Assembly: GCA_964549685.1 (NCBI GenBank)
Contig: CAZJVE010000003.1
Location: 17,706 to 81,705 of the forward strand
Length of the DNA: 64,000 nt
Source of the DNA: an uncultured archaeon
GTDB lineage: Archaea > Altiarchaeota > Altiarchaeia > IMC4 > QMZM01
Direction of reading: 5' to 3'
In this document: one piece after another, positions 41,888-52,100 of the stretch
How positions within the stretch are numbered: position 1 is the stretch's first letter
How the letters are laid out: each line of letters starts with the position of its first letter
The notes under the pieces: generated by a model
Told to the model about the DNA's origin: nothing
The model's database searches: none
The model's input: the letters and a program-made list of their open reading frames with translations, nothing else
Program-made: the position numbers and the translations under genes

Positions 41888-41923
41888 CTTGTTAATTATA
41901 TTAGATAAAACACAATAGATAAC

Positions 41924-42508
41924 ATGCCTGTCAAAAAAGCGATGCTCGAGGTTGTGAGGCACGTTGAGGACATAGTAGAGGGACTTAATGAGAAGCAGAT
42001 AGCCGCCATGATAGAGGCCATAGAGGGGGCCGATAAGGTTTTCATGATTGGTGCGGGAAGGTCGGGAATGGCTTCAAGGGCTTTTGCGATGCGTCTCGTG
42101 CAGCTGGGTCTTACAGCCTATGTTGTCGGCGAATCAGTGACCCCTGCAATGACTGACAGAGACCTGCTAATAGCCGTCTCCGGCTCCGGAGAAACGAAAT
42201 CCATCGTTTCTGCTGCCAGGACCGCAAAGGGTGTAGGGTCGACGATTCTTGCTGTTACATCATATCCAAGCTCAAGGCTCGGCAGGATTGCTGACATGAG
42301 GGTCACGATAAAGGGTAGAACCAAGATAGACGTTGAGAAGGACCACCTGAAGCACCAGATTGTGGGCACGCACTCGACTCTAACCCCACTGGGAACCCTC
42401 TTCGAGGACACTGTCATGATATTCTTCGACGGGATAATAGCAAAGCTGATGTCGGACCTGAAAAAGGATGAGTTAGAGATGAAGAACAGGCACGCGACGC
42501 TTGAGTGA
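41924..42508 (+). CDS. 6-phospho-3-hexuloisomerase (SIS domain)
   Basis: 'VFMIGAGRSGMASRAFAMRLVQLG', 'LLIAVSGSGETKS', 'ILAVTS'. Confidence 0.8.
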   Translation: MPVKKAMLEVVRHVEDIVEGLNEKQIAAMIEAIEGADKVFMIGAGRSGMASRAFAMRLVQLGLTAYVVGESVTPAMTDRDLLIAVSGSGETKSIVSAARTAKGVGSTILAVTSYPSSRLGRIADMRVTIKGRTKIDVEKDHLKHQIVGTHSTLTPLGTLFEDTVMIFFDGIIAKLMSDLKKDELEMKNRHATLE

Positions 42509-42523
42509 AACAGGTATATCATA

Positions 42524-43087
42524 TTACTGCAACATTCCAAACCTCTTGTTTTTTGCAGTCATTTTGAGGAAGTATATCAAGCGCTTCTCAAAAACAGGTG
42601 GGCGATTTCTCGCCATTTCTATCCATCCTATTCGAATTCTTTTGTAGGATTCGGGAAATTTCTGAAAATTCTCCCATGTATTTTTATCTTGTTTCAAAGC
42701 CGTCAATATATCGGGCGCGATTTCTAATTCTTCTCGTTTTGAAGAAGAGTCAAAAGCGTGTTTTATCGCTTTCAGACCGTGGGAGGTCATCCTCTTTTGT
42801 TCGATCATTCGGAAAATGCGTTCCTTATTCATCTCGGAAAGAACACTACCCTTTCTGCGTGGAGTAAATCGCTGTGCGAATCTCTCTTCATCAATCTTTT
42901 TTACAGTGCTGTCAATCCATCCGTAGCATAATGCCTCTTCCACCGCATCATTATACGGAATCCTTGGTTTACCGGTATGTTTTTTATAGTAAACTAACCA
43001 AATTTCAGTTTCAGTATCATGATGTTTTTTCAACCAAGAACGCCATGCCTTTCTGTCAGTTACATAAAGTGTTTTTCCTATTTCCAT
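42524..43087 (-). CDS. YdeI/OmpD-associated family protein
   Basis: 'WRSWLKKHHDTETEIWLVYYKK', 'AVEEALCYGWIDS', 'RFTPRRKGSVLS'. Confidence 0.7.
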   Translation of the reverse strand: MEIGKTLYVTDRKAWRSWLKKHHDTETEIWLVYYKKHTGKPRIPYNDAVEEALCYGWIDSTVKKIDEERFAQRFTPRRKGSVLSEMNKERIFRMIEQKRMTSHGLKAIKHAFDSSSKREELEIAPDILTALKQDKNTWENFQKFPESYKRIRIGWIEMARNRPPVFEKRLIYFLKMTAKNKRFGMLQ

Positions 43088-43089
43088 GT

Positions 43090-44154
43090 CTAGTTCATCT
43101 TAAACCTGAGAACCGCCCCGATTCCGCCCAACGAATGCAGCTGCTTTCCGGCCTCCTCCTCGTGGTTCATTAGATGGAATTTTCCGCTGGTTGACTCTAC
43201 CGCCTTCATCATCGGCTCTATCCTCCCTCTTTCCTCAAGGAACAGGTTGTCGCATATCAGAAGGACATCAACAGCGCCAATATTCGCGGCCCGCTCCACC
43301 TCGTCCAGGCCGTAAACAGCAAGGCCTGTTTCCCTGCCTATCTCGGCAAGGAGCTTGCTAAGGAGCCTTATATCCCTGGCGGAGCTTATGTCACTGCTTA
43401 TCTTATTTACTGCGTCCCTCTTCATGACCTCTGCTATTCCATTGGCCCCATGGGAACCGATGTGTTCCAGCACAAGCCTGTCCTTCAGCTCGGGGTGCTT
43501 CTCCTGCATGAACCGGAAGAAATTCTCAGGCTCGAACCCCGCCCCCGCCACGATTATGGTAGATATCTTCTCCCTTTTTTCCGTGTCAAGAATGAATTGC
43601 GAGCTATGGTGGTAGAATTCCTCCTTTCTCTTTTCCCTCCCCTTGGTTTCGTACTTGCCACCTATTATGTCGGAGAGGGAGTAGTGCTCAATCTTTGATT
43701 CCCTTACAAGGCCGAAATTCGCATCGCCCTCGTCGATTATCGCGATGAGGAGCTTTGGTCTGACGGATGCCTTTTCTGCAGTCCTTAACCTGTCAAGGTC
43801 AAGCTTGGACCAGCCCTCCTTCTGTATCTTAATTGTCGTTCCCTCAACGACGTTGAACGTGTGATGCGAGCCCATTGGGATAAGGTCTTCGGGGCCTTCC
43901 TCGATAACCCCTGTAATCCTCAACGTGTCAGAGATGGAGCTGAATTCCACCTTCTCCAGCCTGATTCCCATGGTTACCTTGACCCTGCTGCTCTTCTCCC
44001 GCGCCATGTCGTCCTTTGCCTTTATCCGCCTGTCTGTCTTTGTTTTAACGAGGTCTCCGGCAGCGAGAACGCTGCTCAGATACCAGAGGTCGTCCAGGTT
44101 CTCTACCTTGAGCTTTACCATGCCGGTCTTCCTGTCAGTGTAGAAGATTTTCAT
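43090..44154 (-). CDS. Pelota (mRNA surveillance / ribosome rescue factor)
   Basis: 'VKLKVENLDDLWYLSSVL', central and eRF1-like domains ('IIVAGAGFEPENF', 'AVYGLDEVERAANIGAVDVLLI'). Confidence 0.9.
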   Translation of the reverse strand: MKIFYTDRKTGMVKLKVENLDDLWYLSSVLAAGDLVKTKTDRRIKAKDDMAREKSSRVKVTMGIRLEKVEFSSISDTLRITGVIEEGPEDLIPMGSHHTFNVVEGTTIKIQKEGWSKLDLDRLRTAEKASVRPKLLIAIIDEGDANFGLVRESKIEHYSLSDIIGGKYETKGREKRKEEFYHHSSQFILDTEKREKISTIIVAGAGFEPENFFRFMQEKHPELKDRLVLEHIGSHGANGIAEVMKRDAVNKISSDISSARDIRLLSKLLAEIGRETGLAVYGLDEVERAANIGAVDVLLICDNLFLEERGRIEPMMKAVESTSGKFHLMNHEEEAGKQLHSLGGIGAVLRFKMN

Positions 44155-44199
44155 GCTATTAGTTATTGATATATCTGTCTGCCTTCAAATAAGGTTACG

Positions 44200-44472
44200 A
44201 TGAAACGTTTGAAAAGAGTCAGAAAATCCGCAATTACAAGGGAGGAGCTCATTGCCGATGCAATATTCCTGTTTATCTCCGCATTCATTTCGTTCGGCAT
44301 AGTTTTCCTGTTCGACATACACCGCAGTTTTTATAAGTGGCCCATCTTTCCGCTGAGGTTTATATTCAAGACATATCAACCCTACGTCCTCTTTACGTTC
44401 ATCGGTACGGTTCTCGTGTTCTTTATAATCAAGCTGTTTATCTTTGGTATAAGGGAGGAAGAGGGCGAATAA
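44200..44472 (+). CDS. Small hypothetical membrane protein, 90 aa
   Basis: Basic N-terminus and two hydrophobic segments. No family recognised. Weak support. Confidence 0.35.
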   Translation: MKRLKRVRKSAITREELIADAIFLFISAFISFGIVFLFDIHRSFYKWPIFPLRFIFKTYQPYVLFTFIGTVLVFFIIKLFIFGIREEEGE

Positions 44473-44573
44473 GTGCTCCCGTCAGAAACGCCTGGAATAC
44501 TATATCCTCCAGGATAGTGAGTTTCTTTTCAGATACTATCGTGTTTTTAACGATGGCCTGCGTAATCTTACGT

Positions 44574-45428
44574 ATGGACAAATTGTTCGTATTCTTTTTG
44601 GCCATTGTATTGGTTGTTGCAGCATACGCCATGTATGCAGGCATTAGCGATGTTGCTGAGACCACGTATGAGACCACGTCAACCATTCCTTCTCCCCCAG
44701 ACGCATCTGAGGCAGTATCTTCCACGACCACTACGACAACGTCGAGTACCACTAGCACCGTGCCCAGATACGTGGAGGTTGATGTATTTTATGTTGAGGA
44801 CTGCAAAAACACTATTTTAGGGAGAATGAATAACATCCTGGTTAATGTTTCAGGCAATAATGTAAATGGTACATGGGGAACTGAACCCAAGCCCAGGTTT
44901 TATTTCTCATGCAATGGTGGTGAATTAACAGAATTTGACAAGGTCCTGGTCAGGGGGGGATCAAGCATCAAGCCGGAAAGTTCTGTCGAGGGGCTCTACA
45001 GGCTTTCAGAAAAATGCGGCCTGACTAAGAAGTTGAAGGATTTTGACAGCTGCTCTGATTTGCAGGTCTTTATAGATTTGGCGTACTTTGACGTCTCTTC
45101 AATTAACTCTTCCAAAGTGACGCAAACATCGTGGGGCATTCCCACAACCACAACAACTACAATCCTGTCAGACAATCCATATCTTGATAAATTCCGGGGT
45201 ATGGGCTATCGTAGGCTTGACGTGCATGTTGCCTGGATATGCCCAACGTGCGTTCCGACAGTCAATAAACTGGTCAGGGAGCAGGAGGGCGTCAAGTCCA
45301 GGAGTCTATCCTACGGGCAAGAGGCCAGCTACGTCATATATGACCCCACCCTAGTATCCCAGGAACAGATTCTGAGGTTGATTAACGCAGGGGCCACGGC
45401 CACCGTCCTCAACGATACCGAGATGTAG
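44574..45428 (+). CDS. Membrane-anchored extracytoplasmic protein with Thr-rich linkers and C-terminal HMA (MerP/CopZ-like) domain
   Basis: Signal anchor 'MDKLFVFFLAIVLVVAAYAMYAG', 'SSTTTTTTSSTTST' and 'PTTTTTT' linkers. C-terminal 'LDVHVAWICPTCVPTVNKLVREQEGVKS...ASYVIYDP...ILRLINAG' fits the beta-alpha-beta-beta-alpha-beta HMA fold with its CxxC. Start could be 44553 or 44574. Confidence 0.6.
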   Translation: MDKLFVFFLAIVLVVAAYAMYAGISDVAETTYETTSTIPSPPDASEAVSSTTTTTTSSTTSTVPRYVEVDVFYVEDCKNTILGRMNNILVNVSGNNVNGTWGTEPKPRFYFSCNGGELTEFDKVLVRGGSSIKPESSVEGLYRLSEKCGLTKKLKDFDSCSDLQVFIDLAYFDVSSINSSKVTQTSWGIPTTTTTTILSDNPYLDKFRGMGYRRLDVHVAWICPTCVPTVNKLVREQEGVKSRSLSYGQEASYVIYDPTLVSQEQILRLINAGATATVLNDTEM

Positions 45429-45429
45429 T

Positions 45430-45777
45430 ATGAAATTCAGGGACTTGTTTGCTGGCATTAAAGCGAGCATTATCGCCTCGAGCTGCTGCAGCCTTCCGCT
45501 CGCGCTCGCGTTCCTCTTCATGGCAACGGGCGTTGGAAATGTCGTGCTCGCTCTCCATATAGCAAAATATAAGGATTATTTCATCGGGCTGGGGACGGCA
45601 TTCCTGTTCGCTTCCCTTTACGTGCTGATAAAAGAGAAGTCGGGCGGCACGTGCAATGTTTGCGACATGAAGAAAAACTGGAAGATTATCCTGATTAACA
45701 TACTGACGTATGCCGTATTAACGGCAGCAATAGTCTACGGCGTCCTTCCCATTCTGGCTGAGGAGCTATTCAGATAA
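45430..45777 (+). CDS. MerT-like small metal-transport membrane protein
   Basis: 115 aa, three hydrophobic helices, vicinal Cys pair in helix 1 ('SSCCSLPLALAFL') and a second pair 'CNVC' in the loop before helix 3, which is the MerT arrangement. 1 nt after the HMA-protein stop. Confidence 0.55.
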   Translation: MKFRDLFAGIKASIIASSCCSLPLALAFLFMATGVGNVVLALHIAKYKDYFIGLGTAFLFASLYVLIKEKSGGTCNVCDMKKNWKIILINILTYAVLTAAIVYGVLPILAEELFR

Positions 45778-46614
45778 CTCGCCTTTTACCCCAACAACGA
45801 CCTGTTTAAAGAGTATATTCTTACCAGATGCATCAAGTGCATCCTTTGCGATTTTATACAGGCCAAAACAGCAAGGGACTTCCATATTTGCAACGGTTAA
45901 ACTCTTTATCTCGTTGTTCTTCAGTATATGGGTAATCTTCTCCCTGTACAGTTCAGCATCGTCCAGTTTAGGACATCCTATCAGCAAACTCTTTCCCTTT
46001 AATAGTTCATCATGAAAATTGGCGTGGGCGAATGGAACGCAATCTGCTGCTATTAACAAATCTGCCCCGTTCAGATAGGGGGCATTTGGTGGAACGAGCA
46101 TTAGCTGTACTGGCCATTGCCTCAGCTGAGATGCGGCTTTGGTAACGGGTTTGTCATCTCCAGCAGGCCCCTCATCCTTTTCCCTGAAATCCATCACCTT
46201 TGAGCCAGGGCATCCACAGAGCAGGTCTGTATGTTCATGGCCTTGCGAGGGTTCTTCATCCAGCGGGACTTCAATGCTCTTTTCCTTCAGGAAGTCTATC
46301 GCCTGACCGAGATACTCGTCCTGATTGTGGTCCTTAAGGTGCTCCAAGTGAGCCTTTATAACGTTGTTGCCCTGCTTTACGATATTTTCCATGACCCTTC
46401 TTTCGTCATATACCTCAGCCTCCCTTTCTTCAATATCAATAGCGCCTTCCGGACAGTGGCCAATGCAGGCACCCAGGCCATCACAGAACAAATCGCTTAC
46501 AAGCCTCGCTTTACCGTCTATTATCTGTAGTGCACCCTCAGGACAGTTAGGAATACATTGCCCGCAGCCGGTACATTTTTCCTCGTCGATTTTTATGATA
46601 TTTCTTTTTACCAT
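45766..46614 (-). CDS. 4Fe-4S dicluster ferredoxin-domain protein with Cys-rich C-terminal domain
   Basis: 'CTGCGQCIPNCP' and 'CDGLGACIGHCP'. C-terminal 'LIAADCVPFA', 'LLIGCPKLDD', 'VPCCFG'. The exact family was not recognised. Confidence 0.65.
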   Translation of the reverse strand: MVKRNIIKIDEEKCTGCGQCIPNCPEGALQIIDGKARLVSDLFCDGLGACIGHCPEGAIDIEEREAEVYDERRVMENIVKQGNNVIKAHLEHLKDHNQDEYLGQAIDFLKEKSIEVPLDEEPSQGHEHTDLLCGCPGSKVMDFREKDEGPAGDDKPVTKAASQLRQWPVQLMLVPPNAPYLNGADLLIAADCVPFAHANFHDELLKGKSLLIGCPKLDDAELYREKITHILKNNEIKSLTVANMEVPCCFGLYKIAKDALDASGKNILFKQVVVGVKGELSE

Positions 46615-46615
46615 T

Positions 46616-47089
46616 TTAGTCCTCCTCTCTCTTTAACCATTCCTTTGCCAATGTCTTTGAATGTTCGTTATACATGGAATTCATGATGGAATTCCAATCG
46701 GTATTTCTTGAATCATAGTAATAGAACTCTTCCTTGGAAAATTTTGCGAGTTGGTCAGCATCATATAGGATTTTAAATGCTTCGGACGGATTTTCCAGCC
46801 TTTCATGATGCGTCCTTATCATTTCGCAGACCTCCTCAATGATTTGAGCCGGATAACCGGCCTGTTTCAGTAGTTTTGCAGCTATCTCAGGGCCCATTTC
46901 GTACTGTTCCTTTATGGAACTTCCGCCAATATCGTGCAGTATAACCAGGGCACGTGCCTTTTCCTCAATATTATCGGGGATCCTAAAATACTCTTTTGCT
47001 ATGTCAAATACTCTTTGGGTGTGGGCTACTCCAAAGTCATTCCTCTCGAGATATGGCTTCGCCAGCTCAAACAATTTTTCATGTTTCAT
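46616..47089 (-). CDS. HD-domain phosphohydrolase
   Basis: 'GVAHTQRV', 'ALVILHDIGG', 'IRTHH'. ATG at 47089 (MKHEKLFEL). The 54-aa track extension has no support. Confidence 0.75.
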   Translation of the reverse strand: MKHEKLFELAKPYLERNDFGVAHTQRVFDIAKEYFRIPDNIEEKARALVILHDIGGSSIKEQYEMGPEIAAKLLKQAGYPAQIIEEVCEMIRTHHERLENPSEAFKILYDADQLAKFSKEEFYYYDSRNTDWNSIMNSMYNEHSKTLAKEWLKREED

Positions 47090-47300
47090 CGTCTTATTCG
47101 CACTTCTCAAATGTCCCGCCACAGCCACAGGTTTTCCTTGGCTTACAGCGGCTTTCCCTTTCAAGTCCACATTTTTCACACATATATTTTGCCATTTTGC
47201 TTTAACTATACTTTGTATAGTTAGTATATTGCATGCAGACATAAAAAGCATGCAGGTATCTAACTGGATAGGGGTTGCAAAGGAGAAAAGATTAGGTTTT

Positions 47301-47375
47301 TGCTCCCGTCGGGATTCGAACCCGAGTCACCGGCTCGAAAGGCCGGAATGATTGGCCGGACTACACTACGGGAGC
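47301..47375 (-). tRNA. tRNA-Glu (UUC)
   Basis: Reverse complement: acceptor GCTCCCG/CGGGAGC, anticodon stem CCGGC/GCCGG with loop CTTTCGA (anticodon TTC), T arm TCGGG-TTCGAAT-CCCGA, discriminator A. 75 nt. Confidence 0.88.
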
Positions 47376-47423
47376 GTTGTATAGAAGAATATATTCAGAG
47401 TTAATCAAGAAAAATAGAAGAAT

Positions 47424-47732
47424 TTACTTGGTCAGCTCAATCTCGATATGCACCCTGTCAGGCACCTGGACACGCATTATCTGCCTCAGCGAGCGCTCAT
47501 CTGCATCGACGTCAATAACCCGCTTATGGATGCGCATCTCCCACCTCTCCCACGTCTCGGTTCCCTCGCCATCGGGGGACTTCCTCGTGGTTATCTGCAT
47601 TTTCTTGGTGGGCAAGGGAATAGGACCAGAGTACTTGGTACCTATCCTCTTTGTTATGTCGACTATCTGAGTGCAGACTTCGCCAAGCTTTTTTGGGTCG
47701 TGGCCGATGATGATTATTCTCGCTTTCTCCAA
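47424..47732 (-). CDS. rps10: 30S ribosomal protein S10 (uS10)
   Basis: 'ARIIIIGHDPKKL', 'GPIPLPTKK', 'RKSPDGEGTETWERWEMRIHKRVIDV'. The only in-frame start at the N-terminus is TTG, 1 nt after the EF-1alpha stop. Confidence 0.92.
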   Translation of the reverse strand: MEKARIIIIGHDPKKLGEVCTQIVDITKRIGTKYSGPIPLPTKKMQITTRKSPDGEGTETWERWEMRIHKRVIDVDADERSLRQIMRVQVPDRVHIEIELTK

Positions 47733-47733
47733 T

Positions 47734-49005
47734 TTAGATCTGTTTCTTCTTGACTTCCATCACCATGCCGGCTGCGACTGTCGAACCCATGTCCCTTATC
47801 GCGAACCTGCCCAACTGCGGGAATTCCTTGGCTGATTCTATAACGAGCAGCTTGGTCGGCTTCAGCTTTACGACTGCAACATCGCCAGTCTGTAAGAACT
47901 CGGGCTTCTCCTGAAGAACCCCACCAGTTTTGGGGTCTATCTTCTTCACAAGCTCAGTAAAGGTGCATGCAACCTGGGCCGTATGCACGTGGAAAACGGG
48001 TGTGTATCCAACGGTAATTGCTGAGGGGTGCTGCAGAACGACAATCTGTGCGGTAAATTCCTCAGCCACCGTGGGTGGATTGTCAACCGGCCCAACAACA
48101 TCGCCTCTCTTGGCATCTTTCTTCCCGATGCCTCTTACGTTGAAACCAACGTTGTCTCCCGGCTCTGCCTGTGGAAGCTCTTCATGGTGCATTTCCACGG
48201 TTTTTACCTCTCCTTGAGCTCCAGAAGGCATGAATACTATCTTCATCCCAGGCTTCAATACGCCTGTTTCGACTCTCCCCACAGGAACAGAGCCTACTCC
48301 AGTTATAGTATAGAGGTCCTGAACCGGCAATCTCAGTGGCTTGTCAACCGGCTTCTCCGGTGCTGTTAAAGTGTTTAAAGCCTCAAGAAGGGTCGGGCCC
48401 TTGTACCAGGACATGTTCTCGCTCTTCTTGGTTAGGTTATCCCCGCCATACGCCGACGTGGGTATGATAGGTATCTGGTCGACCTTGTAGCCGATGCTTG
48501 TAAGTAGCTTGCTTAATTCATCTTTTACCTTGTTGTACTGGGCCTCGTCGTATTTGACTGCATCCATCTTGTTCATGGACACAATCAGCTGCTGGACTCC
48601 AAGTGTTTTTGATAGAAAAGCGTGCTCCTTGGTCTGGGGCTGAATCCCGTCCTTTACCGAGCAGACAAGAACTGCAGCATCTGCCTGGCTTGTTCCGGTA
48701 ATCATGTTTTTGACGAAGTCTCTGTGTCCGGGAGCGTCAATGATGGTGAAAAAATTCTTGTCGGTCTGGAACTTCTTGTGAGCTATGTCTATTGTTAAAC
48801 CTCTCTCCCTCTCGTCCTTGAGAGAGTCCATGACCCATGCAAACTCGAATGTGCCTTTCCCTAGCTTCTCTGCTTCGTCCTTGTACTTCTTCATAGTCTG
48901 CTCTGTTACCTCTCCAAGCTCATAGAGCATCCTACCCACGGTTGTTGACTTACCGTGGTCTACGTGTCCTATAAACACCAGGTTTATGTGTGGTTTATCT
49001 GCCAT
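47734..49005 (-). CDS. tuf: Translation elongation factor aEF-1alpha
   Basis: '[15 protein letters not shown]', 'DAPGHRDF', 'NKMD'. 423 aa. Confidence 0.97.
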   Translation of the reverse strand: MADKPHINLVFIGHVDHGKSTTVGRMLYELGEVTEQTMKKYKDEAEKLGKGTFEFAWVMDSLKDERERGLTIDIAHKKFQTDKNFFTIIDAPGHRDFVKNMITGTSQADAAVLVCSVKDGIQPQTKEHAFLSKTLGVQQLIVSMNKMDAVKYDEAQYNKVKDELSKLLTSIGYKVDQIPIIPTSAYGGDNLTKKSENMSWYKGPTLLEALNTLTAPEKPVDKPLRLPVQDLYTITGVGSVPVGRVETGVLKPGMKIVFMPSGAQGEVKTVEMHHEELPQAEPGDNVGFNVRGIGKKDAKRGDVVGPVDNPPTVAEEFTAQIVVLQHPSAITVGYTPVFHVHTAQVACTFTELVKKIDPKTGGVLQEKPEFLQTGDVAVVKLKPTKLLVIESAKEFPQLGRFAIRDMGSTVAAGMVMEVKKKQI

Positions 49006-49136
49006 TTTGAATCTACCTCAATTTTACGTATAACGTATTCTACTGTAAAAAAGATGTTTAATACTATTCGAATTAACCTTTAAAAAAGGCCTGCTGCCCC
49101 CATCTACTCTTCTACTGGAGCTGGCTGGATTTAAAA

Positions 49137-52100
49137 TCAGCCGGAACTTGCCCAGTTATTTATGGCCTCGATTACGTCTGCAAGAGTGAGCTCATCATCG
49201 TACCACATGCTTATGGCGTCTATCACCTCGGACAGGGTAACTTCACCATCCCCGTCAAAGTCTCCTGTAAGAGCACTCTCTGAGACGTCAATGGTTGTAT
49301 CTCCCGCTATCGCCTGATCATCCACATCACCATATTCAAGCGTTCCGGAGAAGGTGTGGGTTCCGTTTGCACTTCCAAGTACCTGCACTGTGTAGGTTAT
49401 GGTGGTATTCTCAACCGGATTGCCCAGGGCCCAGAACAGCCATTCTATCTTGTCTTCGCTCGGAGTATACTTTGCAGTTGGCGAAGTAGCGGTTACATTC
49501 CATCCAGAGGGCACGTTTTCGGTCACTCCCAGGGCCTCTGGAGGCATGCCACCAACAACAAGGTTTAGAGATACGGTAAATGTTCCACCAGGTGATGCCG
49601 TTGATGGGAGAGTTCTCGTAACCGTTATCTGTTCAATAGCGGTCGTATAGTTCACATAAAACCCGCCCATCAGGACATCGTACTGCGAGTCCGGATTTGT
49701 AACCTTGACGTTCTTGTACCCTCCTGAGAGCCCTGCCGGGACCGTTCCCGTGATGGAGGTTGAGTTTACAACCACAACGTTGTTAACGGCGGATCCCCCT
49801 ACCAGAACCGTAGCCCCGCTCTCAAAGTTGGTGCCGGTTATTGTCACCGCCGTTGGCTGGTCGTTTGTTCCAGAGGTTGGGCTGATGCTTGTTACGGATG
49901 GCGGGTAGGTTGTCGTTACTGTGAATGCGTTTGAGCTTGTTGCCTGCTCGGCATTCGGGTTTATCACGGTGATGTCGTAGGTTCCGTCAGCGAGTGAAGG
50001 CACCGATACCTGTATTAGCGAGGAGCTGACAACGGAGACTGTAGTTGCATAGGTAGTTCCAAACATTACGCTCGCTCCGTTCATAAAGTTGGTTCCGGCT
50101 ATTACAACCTCCGCACCTGTAGCCCCTGTGCTTGGCGCCACCGCCTCAATTGTGGGCGTAATTGCAGCCCCTGTCGTACCTACCATCACGTCATCTATAA
50201 TCCATCCCCTGAAGCCGTTGTACAGGTTGTCTATAGTGTTGAAGGTAAACTTGATTACAGTCTGGCTGGATGCATAGTCGCTTATGTCAAAGTACTGCGA
50301 GATCCAGACTCCGGGCAGCCCAAGGCCGCCGGAGCTGTATGACTTGAATGTTTCTCCATCGACGTCGTTTATCGGGTTTATCGCCCCCAGTTGTGTGTAT
50401 GTAACTCCTCCGTCCGTGGAGATGTAGACGTACATCATGTCATAGCGGTCAACATCAAAACCCTCTATCTCGTACCAAGACATGAAGGTCAGGCTTGAGT
50501 TGGCTACTCCTGTAAGGTCTATCGTTGGGGATATGAGGTCGCCTGTATTCGCGGCATATGAAGTGCCGCCGCCCTTCGGGTTCTGGCAGTCGCCGTTGTA
50601 GTAGTAGTATGTAATATTATCGCATATGTTGGTGTAATAGTCAGACCCTATGAAGGTTCCTGTTGAGTTCTCTCCATACCACCAGACCGTGGAGCCGCTG
50701 TATGCGCTCGGTAGATAGCCGTTGTCAGGCAATGAAACCAGTTCCGGGTTGATGCCGGAGATTATGCTGACCAGCTCAGGGTTTGTCTCCTGGTGCCAGA
50801 AGCCCGTTGAGGTCCATCCGTTCGTTCCGCTTTCCATGTTGTCAAAAAACGATGTGTTTACGACCGCGCTTGAGCCGGTAACAGAGACGTTGTAGGCAGT
50901 GTCTGAAGTAACACTTGTATATCCTCCGTAGGGTGCTATCTTCACATAATACGTTCCTGAGGATGTCGCAGTCCATTCTATCTTGGATTCCAGTCCGAGA
51001 TAGTCGTCGTTCTCGCTCAGCAGCGATACGCAGTCCGTGTCGTATAGATAAAGGTAGGTGTCCGCGTTCGCAAACAGCTCGGACGTCTCTATCGTGTACA
51101 CACCACCAGAAACGGCAGTGAATTTCACCCAGTCCTGGTCGTTGTATGGAACAAAGTTATGCGTCTGCTTGGTTCCATCAGTTGAGATTGTGGTTGCATC
51201 TGAGCAGGTGTCATCGGGCTCATAAGCGTCTGCTTCAGCTAAGATTGTGGTCGTTGATGTTGTCGTAGTAGTAGTCGTGTCATTGCACTCGTTGCAGGGA
51301 GACACCTCGGTCAGGACGTATCTCATGACAAGCGGGTCGGTGCAGGTGGGATACATGAGTGTTGTCGAGTATATCTCGCCGGTGTAGCAGTGCCCTGCAA
51401 CCGGAGTAATGCCCATGCCGGAATTCATCACGTCGTCCAGCCAGACCCATGCCTGCTCACCGCAGTCGTCGCCGCTTCTTAGCTCTATGAGGTATTCTGT
51501 GGCGTTTCCTGCTCCCTCGCCGCAGCCGGCCTGGGTGCAGCCCTCGGAAACGACGTAGAACTCGATGCTTCCTGTCGTCCAGCCGGGGTCAGAGTGCGGG
51601 GTGTTGCATGTTCCAGAGACGGTGGTTGTGGTGGTAGGTACGGTCGTGGTTGTTGTTACGTTGATTGTGGTTGTGGTTGTTACGTTGATTGTGCTGGTTG
51701 TTGTAGTAGTAACGCAGCATGCCTCGGGCACGTTTACCGTCACATTAACGGTGTTAGAATCCACGTTTGATGAGGTTACAGTCACAGTGATGGTCATATT
51801 GCCGCAGACCCCGCCGTAGGGCTCCACGCTCCATGACGATTGGTTGCTGCTGCCGTTGGCAATATTCCCCATGTCCTTCTGTGATGTTTCTCCGGCTGAG
51901 AGCATAAGGCCTGCGGGCAGCGAAATTGTCGCTGCAACGTCGTTTGCTGTAGAGCCACCTACATTGCTGACATAGGCAACGACCGTGAAATTGCTGCAGT
52001 TACTTACAGTAGACGTTGCCGTAAGGCCGGCTGTCAGATTACCTGAAGCAATCGTAACCTTTCCAAGCCCGTAGTAGGTCGTGTAGGTTCTGGATTGGCC

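Noticed and set aside
46914-47351. 145-aa plus-strand ORF
   Set aside because: Antisense to the HD gene and runs into tRNA-Glu.
51560-51820. Short tandem DNA repeats that might suggest a CRISPR or minisatellite
   Set aside because: They lie inside the surface-protein ORF and encode Thr-rich linker repeats (INVTTTTT). There is no spacer-repeat architecture.
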